Assembly (NCBI GenBank): GCA_003599635.1 | Contig: QZIX01000009.1 | Coordinates: 66,065 to 130,064, forward strand | Direction of reading: 5' to 3' | Length of the DNA: 64,000 nucleotides | Source of the DNA: Candidatus Parcubacteria bacterium | Lineage (GTDB): Bacteria; Patescibacteriota; Patescibacteriia; Buchananbacterales; SURF-54 | Part shown: piece after piece, positions 10,026 through 17,851 of the stretch | Numbering within the stretch: position 1 is the first letter of the stretch | How the letters are laid out: the number at the start of each line of letters is the position of its first letter | Made by a program: the position numbers and the translations under genes | Notes under the pieces: generated by a model | Seen by the model: only the letters and a program-made list of their open reading frames with translations | Told to the model about the DNA's origin: nothing | Databases searched by the model: none

Positions 10026-10066
10026 GCCGGCGCGTGATTCGCAGGAATCATGTGCCGGTTTTTTTG
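10026..10066 (+). terminator. Intrinsic terminator (14-bp stem with two G-U pairs, loop GCAG, then U7)
   Basis: GCCGGCGCGTGATTC-gcag-GAATCATGTGCCGGTTTTTTT. Confidence 0.7.
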
Positions 10067-10076
10067 TTGTTAAAAA

Positions 10077-11204
10077 TCATTTCAACATCTTAATAAATTC
10101 GTCAAACAAAAAATCCGTATCAGTGGGCCCTGGCATGGCTTCGGGATGGAACTGAACAGACATAAACGGCTTTGTCTTATGCTTTATGCCTTCATTGGTG
10201 TTGTCATTGGCATTGTAAAACCATTCTTTCCAGCCGGCAGGCAATTTCTTGGCATTTACTGCATAACCGTGATTTTGCGAAGTAATGTAGCAGCGCCTGG
10301 TGCCAGATTCAACGCACGGCTGGTTTTGCGAGCGATGGCCGAATTTCAGTTTATAGGTGTCGCCGCCCGCAGCCAGAGCCAAAAGCTGGTTGCCGAAACA
10401 TATTCCGAATGTCGGTTTGTTTTTTGACAAATATTTTTTTATGTTATCAATAGTGATTTTGCAGGTTTTTGGATCACCAGGCCCGTTGGATATAAAGATC
10501 CCTGAAGACTTGATTTTACAGAAATCATAATCCCATGGGATTCGGACGACGGTGACGCCCCTTTTTAAAAAACTTCTGATGATATTGTTTTTAACGCCCA
10601 TATCAATCAGGGCAACGGATTTTTTTCCTGCCTTGTAAGTTACAATTTTCTTAGTGCTGACAGTTTTTGCCAGCAGTTCGTTATTGGGATTGTAAAATTC
10701 CACGTCGCCATTGCCGGCGATTATTTTGCCCAGCATTACTCCCTTAGTCCTTAATTTTTTCGTCAGCGCTCGGGTATCAATTCCCTCTATTGCCGCAATA
10801 TTATTTTTCTTAAGCCAGTTTCCTAAAGAATTTTCGGCCTGCCAATGATTGTGTTTTTTTGAATATTCGGAAACCACCAAACCCTTGATATGTATTTTTT
10901 CCGATTCAAAATATTTCCGGACCCCGCCCTCCTTTTTTATTAAAGGAATGCCGTAGTTTCCTATTAACGGATATGTCAAAACTAAAATCTGTCCCGCGTA
11001 AGACGGATCGGTAAAACTTTCGGGATAGCCGACCATGCCGGTATTAAAAACCACTTCCCCGGCTGTTGGCATTTCCGCACCGAAGGATTTGCCGCAAAAT
11101 TCAGTGCCGTCCTCAAGAATTAATTTACATATTGCAGGTCTGTCCTCAGAATTTATCATTCCTTCTTGCTTTTTTATTATTTTGTTTTGAATCATAATTG
11201 GCAT
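10077..11204 (-). CDS. carA: Carbamoyl-phosphate synthase small subunit (glutamine amidotransferase)
   Basis: LILEDGTEFCGKSFGA N-domain; class I GATase motifs GICFGNQ and HPE; the true start is probably the Met at 11159. Confidence 0.9.
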   Translation of the reverse strand: MPIMIQNKIIKKQEGMINSEDRPAICKLILEDGTEFCGKSFGAEMPTAGEVVFNTGMVGYPESFTDPSYAGQILVLTYPLIGNYGIPLIKKEGGVRKYFESEKIHIKGLVVSEYSKKHNHWQAENSLGNWLKKNNIAAIEGIDTRALTKKLRTKGVMLGKIIAGNGDVEFYNPNNELLAKTVSTKKIVTYKAGKKSVALIDMGVKNNIIRSFLKRGVTVVRIPWDYDFCKIKSSGIFISNGPGDPKTCKITIDNIKKYLSKNKPTFGICFGNQLLALAAGGDTYKLKFGHRSQNQPCVESGTRRCYITSQNHGYAVNAKKLPAGWKEWFYNANDNTNEGIKHKTKPFMSVQFHPEAMPGPTDTDFLFDEFIKMLK

Positions 11205-11216
11205 GGAATTATCGCA

Positions 11217-12017
11217 TTATAAATTTTGTTTTTTACCGCATTTATCTCTTTTATATTTGCCTAATTCACTAATTTGCAAAGCCATTTCTTTTTCAAAAAC
11301 TGGTCCTTCCTGGCATACCCGCCAGCCGGTATCATCAACGCAGCACTGTCCGCAGATGCCAATGCCGCAAGCCATGAACCTTTCCATGGATATTTGGCAG
11401 CCAATATTTTTTTCCACTGCAAAATCGAGTATTTTCTTCATCATAATTTCCGGACCGCAGGTGTAAATACAATCATATTGGTTTTTGGAGAATAATTCTT
11501 TAAGCCTGTCGGTGGCAAAGCCTTTGTACCCGCAAGAACCGTCGTCTGTTGATGTAAAAATTTTTATTCCTATATAGCCCAGGAATTTTTTTAAAGGAAT
11601 TTCTGACCTTGATCTGGCGCCGATTATGAAATCAACTTCCAGCTTTTTTTCTTTTGCCTGCTGAGCCAGAAAGGCGACCGATGGCGTGCCGCAGCCGCCG
11701 CCGACGCAAATAATCTTTTTATAGTCTTTTAGGTCATAGCCATGCCCATAAGGTCCCTGCAAACCAAGCTTTTGGCCTTTTTTTATTTTGAAAAGCTCGG
11801 ACGTAAAAGGCCCGACTTTCCTTACGGAGAGAGCAAAGCCCTCTTTAATTTTGTAAGCAATGCTGATTGGCTTGGAGTCAATTCCGGGCAGCCACAGCAT
11901 TACAAATTGGCCTGGCAAGGCGCTAAGATTGCCCTGGAAAACAAATGTTTTTATATCCGGCGTTTCCTGGATAACGTCGGTTATTTGAAAAATTTTTGGC
12001 TGTTCCAAATTATTCAT
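11217..12017 (-). CDS. pyrK: Dihydroorotate dehydrogenase electron-transfer subunit
   Basis: FAD/NAD-binding fold plus C-terminal 2Fe-2S cysteine cluster CGIGICGQCC. Confidence 0.85.
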   Translation of the reverse strand: MNNLEQPKIFQITDVIQETPDIKTFVFQGNLSALPGQFVMLWLPGIDSKPISIAYKIKEGFALSVRKVGPFTSELFKIKKGQKLGLQGPYGHGYDLKDYKKIICVGGGCGTPSVAFLAQQAKEKKLEVDFIIGARSRSEIPLKKFLGYIGIKIFTSTDDGSCGYKGFATDRLKELFSKNQYDCIYTCGPEIMMKKILDFAVEKNIGCQISMERFMACGIGICGQCCVDDTGWRVCQEGPVFEKEMALQISELGKYKRDKCGKKQNL

Positions 12018-12927
12018 GAGCCTTGCCGATTATTTCTTTTAAGTTTTTGTAGCCATGATTTTGCATAAATTCTTTAATCTCTTCTGTTATAAGACGAAAA
12101 ATTTCCTTGCCGCGGTAGTAGATGCCTGAACCGATGCCGACGGCAACGGCGCCGGCCATCATCATCTGTACGGCATCCCTGCCTGTCATAATTCCGCCGG
12201 TGCCGATAATCGGGAGTTTTGTCGCTTTGTAAATATCATAAACGCAGCGCACGGCAATCGGAAAAATGGCCGGTCCTGAAACGCCGCCTACTTTGTTGGA
12301 AAGTACGGGCTTTGCAGCTTCAATATTTATTATCATGCCCGGACCGAGAGTATTTATAGCAGTTATGCCATCTGCGCCCGCTTCTTTGCAGGCTAAGGCG
12401 ACGTTGGTTATTTCCGGAGTAATGGGGGATAGCTTTATAAATACAGGTTTAGAGGTATTTTGCTTAACAAGTTTTGTGATCCTGGCTGAATTTTGAGGAT
12501 CAAAAGAAAAAGATTTGCCGCCCGCTTTTACATTCGGACAGGAGATATTAACCTCAATTAAATCGGCCGCGGATTTATCCGCAAGTTCGGCTGCCTTACC
12601 GAAATCATCTGCGCTTTTGGCGTAAATGCTTAAAATTAATGGCGTTTTATTTTTTTCCTTGCATTCTTTGACAACTTCGATTTTTTCTTTTATGCCGGGA
12701 TTGGTTAAGCCGACGCAGTTAAGAAGACCGTGTTCAAAAGAAATAAGTTTAGGATTGGCATGTCCAGGGGTGCCGTTTAAGTCGCAAGACTTGGTAGTAA
12801 CTGCTCCGGCGCCATTTTTAACAATGTTTACCATTGAAGATGCTGTTACACCCAAAATACCCGACGCCAGTATGGTCGGGTTTTGGAGTTTGACACCGCA
12901 AAGCTTTGTTGAGATATCTATTGTCAC
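12010..12927 (-). CDS. pyrD: Dihydroorotate dehydrogenase catalytic subunit (class 1B)
   Basis: Overall class-1B DHOD architecture; in-operon position immediately 3' of pyrB and adjacent to pyrK. Confidence 0.9.
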   Translation of the reverse strand: MTIDISTKLCGVKLQNPTILASGILGVTASSMVNIVKNGAGAVTTKSCDLNGTPGHANPKLISFEHGLLNCVGLTNPGIKEKIEVVKECKEKNKTPLILSIYAKSADDFGKAAELADKSAADLIEVNISCPNVKAGGKSFSFDPQNSARITKLVKQNTSKPVFIKLSPITPEITNVALACKEAGADGITAINTLGPGMIINIEAAKPVLSNKVGGVSGPAIFPIAVRCVYDIYKATKLPIIGTGGIMTGRDAVQMMMAGAVAVGIGSGIYYRGKEIFRLITEEIKEFMQNHGYKNLKEIIGKAHE

Positions 12928-12947
12928 AGTTGGTTATTTATTCTGTA

Positions 12948-12998
12948 AATCCTTCGACCTCCTTTGGTCGCTGAAGGATGACCTAAACTGTCATTTAA
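12948..12998. repeat. GTCATYCTGAR-family palindromic element (ATCCTTCGACCTCCTTTGGTCGCTGAAGGATGACC)
   Basis: Outer ATCCTTC/GAAGGAT and inner CGACC/GGTCG inverted pairs; between pyrD and pyrB. Confidence 0.55.
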
Positions 12999-13911
12999 CA
13001 GCTCCTAAAATCAGCGCCAGCAGCGCTTCTCTGACATATAACCCGTTTTGCGCCTGCTGGAAATAATACGCATAGGGTGTTGAATCGAAATCTTCAGGCA
13101 GTTCATTAACGCGGGGCAGGGGATGAAGTATTTTCAAATTCTTTTTAACATTTTTAAAATTCTTAAGCTTCAGAATATAATCATCCTTTACTTTTTCGTA
13201 ATCGCCAATGTCGCTGAATCTTTCCTTTTGAATTCTTGTAACATAAAGTATATCAAGCTTATTTATTAAGGACGTCAAATTGCCGTGTTCCCTGAAATCA
13301 GCATTGTAATATGAAAGTTCCTTTTTAATATAAAAGGGTATGCCCAGATTTTTCGGCGAAACAAAATGCATGGTTGTTCCCAGTTTGGCTAAAGCTATGG
13401 CCAGAGAGTGTACTGTCCTGCCATATTTCAAATCACCGATAAGCCCCACATTTAATTTGTTGAAATTTTTCTGGCTTTCGGCGATCGTAAAAAGATCAGT
13501 AAGCATTTGCGTCGGGTGCTGATTAGAACCGTCACCCGCATTGATTACGGGCACGTGGGAAACTCTGCAAGCGCGTTCTGCCGCGCCCTCTTCATAATGC
13601 CGGATTACTATCAGGTCGCAGTAGGCCTGTACCATTCTGATCGTGTCTTCAAAACTTTCGCCTTTCCTTAATGATGTTGTTTCCGTATTATCAAAGCCGA
13701 TGGTCTGACCGCCTAATCTTTTAGCGGCCGCCTGAAAGGACAGCCTGGTCCTGGTTGAAGGCTCAAAAAACAAGGTGGCGATTATTTTGTTATCTAAAAG
13801 TTTAGCTTGGGTTTTCCGCTTGAATTTTTTTGCCGTTTCTATTATTTTGGCGATTTCCTCCTTTTTCAAGTCCTGGGCATAAATAATGCTTTTGTTTGAC
13901 AGGCAGGTCAT
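12991..13911 (-). CDS. pyrB: Aspartate carbamoyltransferase catalytic subunit
   Basis: Carbamoyl-phosphate site FFEPSTRTRLSF; ornithine/aspartate transcarbamylase motif HPLP (spelled out in the protein as HPLPR). Confidence 0.9.
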   Translation of the reverse strand: MTCLSNKSIIYAQDLKKEEIAKIIETAKKFKRKTQAKLLDNKIIATLFFEPSTRTRLSFQAAAKRLGGQTIGFDNTETTSLRKGESFEDTIRMVQAYCDLIVIRHYEEGAAERACRVSHVPVINAGDGSNQHPTQMLTDLFTIAESQKNFNKLNVGLIGDLKYGRTVHSLAIALAKLGTTMHFVSPKNLGIPFYIKKELSYYNADFREHGNLTSLINKLDILYVTRIQKERFSDIGDYEKVKDDYILKLKNFKNVKKNLKILHPLPRVNELPEDFDSTPYAYYFQQAQNGLYVREALLALILGAVK

Positions 13912-13920
13912 AAATTCTTC

Positions 13921-13950
13921 AAAAAAACAGCTCCTCTTCGAGGAGCTGTT
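13921..13950 (-). terminator. Intrinsic terminator or attenuator: perfect 10-bp stem ACAGCTCCTC-ttcg-GAGGAGCTGT plus U7 on the minus strand, ending 9 nt before the pyrB ATG
   Basis: Minus-strand reading CAAACAGCTCCTCGAAGAGGAGCTGTTTTTTT-gaagaattt-ATG; it also terminates gatB. Confidence 0.6.
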
Positions 13951-14051
13951 TGATTATAATATTAAAAAATTAGCTGAATAGATATCCGTAAAAAAATTGT
14001 CCTTAATTGATGTCATTTTAGTTTTCATTTTAACAGGCTATCAGTTCAAAG

Positions 14052-15605
14052 TCAATCAGCCGATTTCAATTCTTCTTCAAGCAATTCCCTGACTATTTTT
14101 GGATTGGCCTTGCCTTTAGTTTCTTTCATAACTTGCCCTATCAGATATTGTATTATAGTTACTTTACCGGCTTTGAATTGTTTGACCTGTAAAGGATTGG
14201 CATCAATAGCTTTTTTCACCGCTTCCTTTATTTTTGCCAAATCGTCAATTTGGGCGAAGTCGTTTTCTTCCATAACGTCAGAAGGATCTTTTCCCGTCTG
14301 ATACATTTCGTCGAGTATTTTCATGGCTGTCGTCTGATTAATTCTGTTGCCGTAAACAATAGTTATGAATTCGGCAAAATTTTCAGCGGAGATTTTACAG
14401 TCGGATATTTTGATATTGTCCCGGTTTAAGTAAAACAGCAGCCGGTTGGTAATCCATTTAGCGGCAAGTTTTGAAATTTTGCCTTTATTTTTTTCCCAGA
14501 TTTCTTCAGCCGTTCCTTCCATTTCCCCCGAATCCGCCAGCCAGCTTGTCAGTTCGCTTATCACGGCTTCGGTATATGACGCAAGCAGTTTGTCTTCGGT
14601 AATGATTCGTGCCTGATCAGCGGGCATTTCATATTGTTCTGAAAATCTTTTTCTTTTCTGCTGAGGGCTTTCAGGCAGTTCTCTTTTGATTTTTTCCACG
14701 TCAATTGCGGAATCGGTTTCATAGAATTTTATCGGCGGCAGGTCGGGTTCAGGAAAATACCGGTAATCCTGAGCCTCTTCCTTCGTTCTTTGCTCTTCTG
14801 TCATTCCCTTGTCTTCATCCCAGCCCCGCGTCGATTGAACCTTGGGCGGATTGCCTTCCTGCCATAATTTTGTCTGCCTGCTAATTTCATAATCAAGCGC
14901 CCGCTTTACCGCATTAAAAGAATTAATATTTTTGATTTCCGTTTTCGGATTGAGTTTCTTTGAACCGTTTTTATTGCCATCGGTTTGTGAAAGCGAAATA
15001 TTGGCATCGCAGCGTAGATGTCCTTTTTCCATATCCGCATCGGAAATGTTCAGATACCGCATTATCAGCCGCAGTTCCTGCATAAAAGTTTTTGCTTCTT
15101 CGGATGAACGCAAATCCGGTTCGGTTACTATTTCCATTAAGGGAGTGCCGGCGCGGTTGTAATCAACGTAAGTTTCACGGCCGTCCGGGGAATGAAAATT
15201 TTTGGCGGCGTCTTCTTCCAAATGCAAACGCGTGATGTTTATCCTTCTTTTACCTTTTTTTGTCCCGGCCTGATCCGATTCAATGTCTAAATAGCCCTTA
15301 ATGCCGATGGGTTTATCGTATTGTGATATTTGGTAACCTTTGGGTAAATCAGGATAAAAATAATGTTTCCGGTCGAATTTCGTAAAGGTCGGAATTTCAC
15401 AATTCAGGGCGGCCGCTGCCATAACCGACCATTTAACGGCCTGCAGATTGGCTGCCGGCAAAGTCCCGGGATGGCCGGTACAGACAGGGCAAATAGTCGT
15501 GTTGGCGGGCTTGTCTTCACCGGAATTGTCGCAGGAACAGAACATCTTTGATTCAGTTTTAAGCTGGACGTGGATTTCCAGTCCTATTATTGGCTCAAGT
15601 TTCAT
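14052..15605 (-). CDS. gatB: Asp-tRNA(Asn)/Glu-tRNA(Gln) amidotransferase subunit B
   Basis: N-terminus MKLEPIIGLEIHVQL...FCSC and the GatB/YqeY C-terminal domain. Confidence 0.9.
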   Translation of the reverse strand: MKLEPIIGLEIHVQLKTESKMFCSCDNSGEDKPANTTICPVCTGHPGTLPAANLQAVKWSVMAAAALNCEIPTFTKFDRKHYFYPDLPKGYQISQYDKPIGIKGYLDIESDQAGTKKGKRRINITRLHLEEDAAKNFHSPDGRETYVDYNRAGTPLMEIVTEPDLRSSEEAKTFMQELRLIMRYLNISDADMEKGHLRCDANISLSQTDGNKNGSKKLNPKTEIKNINSFNAVKRALDYEISRQTKLWQEGNPPKVQSTRGWDEDKGMTEEQRTKEEAQDYRYFPEPDLPPIKFYETDSAIDVEKIKRELPESPQQKRKRFSEQYEMPADQARIITEDKLLASYTEAVISELTSWLADSGEMEGTAEEIWEKNKGKISKLAAKWITNRLLFYLNRDNIKISDCKISAENFAEFITIVYGNRINQTTAMKILDEMYQTGKDPSDVMEENDFAQIDDLAKIKEAVKKAIDANPLQVKQFKAGKVTIIQYLIGQVMKETKGKANPKIVRELLEEELKSAD

Positions 15606-15849
15606 ACTAATGAAACGGTAATTTTTATTACGATTAAGTGAATGGTCACGGTTAGTATTTTATCAGATAATTATTATAAAGAAAAGTCCTTGGGCAGGGC
15701 TTAAGACTCGGATTTTACCTTACTTTTTTTCTTTTTTTCTTTTGGCAATGGTTCTTAACACCAGTGTCGCAATTTATTTAGTGAAGGGCGGCGATAAACC
15801 AAGCATCTTTTTACTAATTGTAAAGAACATATTTTCCCCCTTGGTTGAT

Positions 15850-15980
15850 TTAAAGTGCTGTAATTTTTAAGTTGGTTTTTTCTAAATGACTGGATATATT
15901 GTCCCAGATTTTTTCAGTAACTTTGTCAATTTCCTGATTGGCATCAATAATTTTCCAGCCGTATTGTTTTGCTAAAAACA
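15850..15980 (-). pseudogene. Fragment duplicating the tmk 3' end
   Basis: The minus-strand translation LFLAKQYGWKIIDANQEIDKVTEKI matches the Tmk C-terminus FLFLAKKYGWKIIDANQEIEKITEKI; about 75 bp are roughly 90% identical to 17283-17360. Confidence 0.4.
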
Positions 15981-16021
15981 GAAAAACTTTATATTATTTT
16001 ACAGCATTAATTATTTAAAGT

Positions 16022-16054
16022 AAGAAAAAGTCCCGAGGTTGGTTTCCTCGGGAC
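16022..16054 (-). terminator. Intrinsic terminator (GTCCCGAGG-ttggttt-CCTCGGGAC plus U-run on the minus strand)
   Basis: Perfect 9-bp stem directly 3' of the 304-aa gene. Confidence 0.6.
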
Positions 16055-16071
16055 GGGTTGATTTTGACTGG

Positions 16072-16986
16072 CTAAATGCGACTGGTACCTTTCCTTTTTT
16101 TCTTCTTCACGGGGGCTACAGTAATTGCGATATGCGGAGGGATTACTCCTTTGATATCATAAATTGCAATTACCAATCTTCTGGTGCTGCCATCATGGAT
16201 GCCAAGATCAGCTGCAAAAGCTTTTTTTACATGATTTTCGTCAATGCCGAACTTGGCAACATCACCCACCACGCGCATAAAATAATTTTTGCAACTTTCT
16301 CCCTGATGGCGTTCAGGGGCTCTGAGGTTCAGGATGAACTCTTTTGGAACAGCTTCTTGCAGAACTTCTACGTCCACTGTTTTAAGTTCCGCACCTAGCG
16401 CTGCCACCTTATTTTCGAGGGCTTTTATCGCACTGATATCGTCGGTCGGGTATTGAGCCTTTAATACACCCAGGGCAGCACTACCGGTAAAATTTTTTGA
16501 TGGAGAGATTATACTTGGTTTATGGTATAGCCATTTACCAAAACGCCCGCCATATTTCACAAGTAAATCGTGGATTGCTTTGGCGATTTTTATCCTTAGC
16601 TTTTTAGGCTTTATGCCTATATATTTATCGCCACCGCCTGCTTTTAGAGACGTAAACGGTTCTAATAGCTTGCACCTGGTTTTTATTACCAAGTCTCCAT
16701 ACTTATCCGTGTGGACGCTCGTTACTTTTGGACCCCTGTGGTCCTTTTCCAATTCTCTGACGGTATAGTCTTTGCCATTCCCGCCATGGACAATGACATT
16801 TTGCCAACCTCTATTTGCCGCATCCAATAGAAACTGATCAAGCCCTACCTCAATGGTTATGGAGGCTTTTCTCTCTTTAAATCGCTTCTGCCTGTCAGTA
16901 TTAACGGGCTCGGCGTCCGGGTTATTGTGGATTGGCTGTTTTCTTAACGGAACGTTTTTTTCTTTTTGTAAAGTCATCGTAGCCAT
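16072..16986 (-). CDS. Hypothetical 304-aa orphan protein with basic termini
   Basis: Strong RBS (aggagg), own terminator, GC above local background, C-terminal PVKKKKRKG tail; no motif that I can place. Confidence 0.5.
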   Translation of the reverse strand: MATMTLQKEKNVPLRKQPIHNNPDAEPVNTDRQKRFKERKASITIEVGLDQFLLDAANRGWQNVIVHGGNGKDYTVRELEKDHRGPKVTSVHTDKYGDLVIKTRCKLLEPFTSLKAGGGDKYIGIKPKKLRIKIAKAIHDLLVKYGGRFGKWLYHKPSIISPSKNFTGSAALGVLKAQYPTDDISAIKALENKVAALGAELKTVDVEVLQEAVPKEFILNLRAPERHQGESCKNYFMRVVGDVAKFGIDENHVKKAFAADLGIHDGSTRRLVIAIYDIKGVIPPHIAITVAPVKKKKRKGTSRI

Positions 16987-17241
16987 CTGTTTCCTCCTAA
17001 TCTTATTTTTCAGTTAGTTCCTGTGCATGCCAGTAATTTTTTAACGTACTGCAGAGAAAATTTCCACGGTGAAAATTCCTCATTAATACCTTAAAACTTT
17101 TATTATTTGTTTAATATTCTGACGGATTTAAATGAAATCCGCATTAAATTTTAAAGGGCAACCTTCGATAAATATCTAAATTAACTGCCTTGTGCCAGGT
17201 CCACATTTATATTTTAGTTTACTAGGACAATAAAGTATACC

Positions 17242-17850
17242 TTAATTTACACTTTTTGTCAAGAGGATGATTTGAGCGGAAATATTTTCCAAAATTTTTT
17301 CAGTAATTTTTTCAATTTCCTGATTGGCATCAATAATTTTCCAGCCGTATTTTTTAGCCAAAAATAAAAAATTTTGGCGGCATTTTATCATCAATTCGTT
17401 GTTATTTTCATGCAAATGATTTTTTTCTCGGGCTTTAATAAAAGGCTGACCGTCAAGAAGAATGGCAACATCTTCTTTAAGCAAGTCTTCATTAACTTCT
17501 TCCAACTTTTCCAGTGGGACTCCTTTGGTCATGCCCCAGGCCAAGCCGGTTCCGATATAACATTCGGCGACGATTATTTTTCCCAGACCGAGCATTTTCT
17601 TTAATTCCGGCTCAAAATCTTTTCTGTTTCTGGCGTATAATTTTTGAAGTTCAAGTTCGGAAATTTCCTGCGGTTGTCCCGAGCGCAAGATTTTATTTAG
17701 TTTCGGTCCGGTCGGTTCCAGTTCATAAATAGGATATTTAATGTAGACAGTATCACAGTTGCGATTTTTTAATCTGTCAACTAAGATTTTCGCCTGAGTT
17801 GATTTTCCTATATTGTTGGTCCCGTAAAGAATTATAAGTTTTCCCGGCAT
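17242..17850 (-). CDS. tmk: Thymidylate (dTMP) kinase
   Basis: P-loop LYGTNNIGKSTQ; about 200 aa; dNTP-metabolism neighbourhood. Confidence 0.8.
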   Translation of the reverse strand: MPGKLIILYGTNNIGKSTQAKILVDRLKNRNCDTVYIKYPIYELEPTGPKLNKILRSGQPQEISELELQKLYARNRKDFEPELKKMLGLGKIIVAECYIGTGLAWGMTKGVPLEKLEEVNEDLLKEDVAILLDGQPFIKAREKNHLHENNNELMIKCRQNFLFLAKKYGWKIIDANQEIEKITEKILENISAQIILLTKSVN

Positions 17851-17851
17851 A

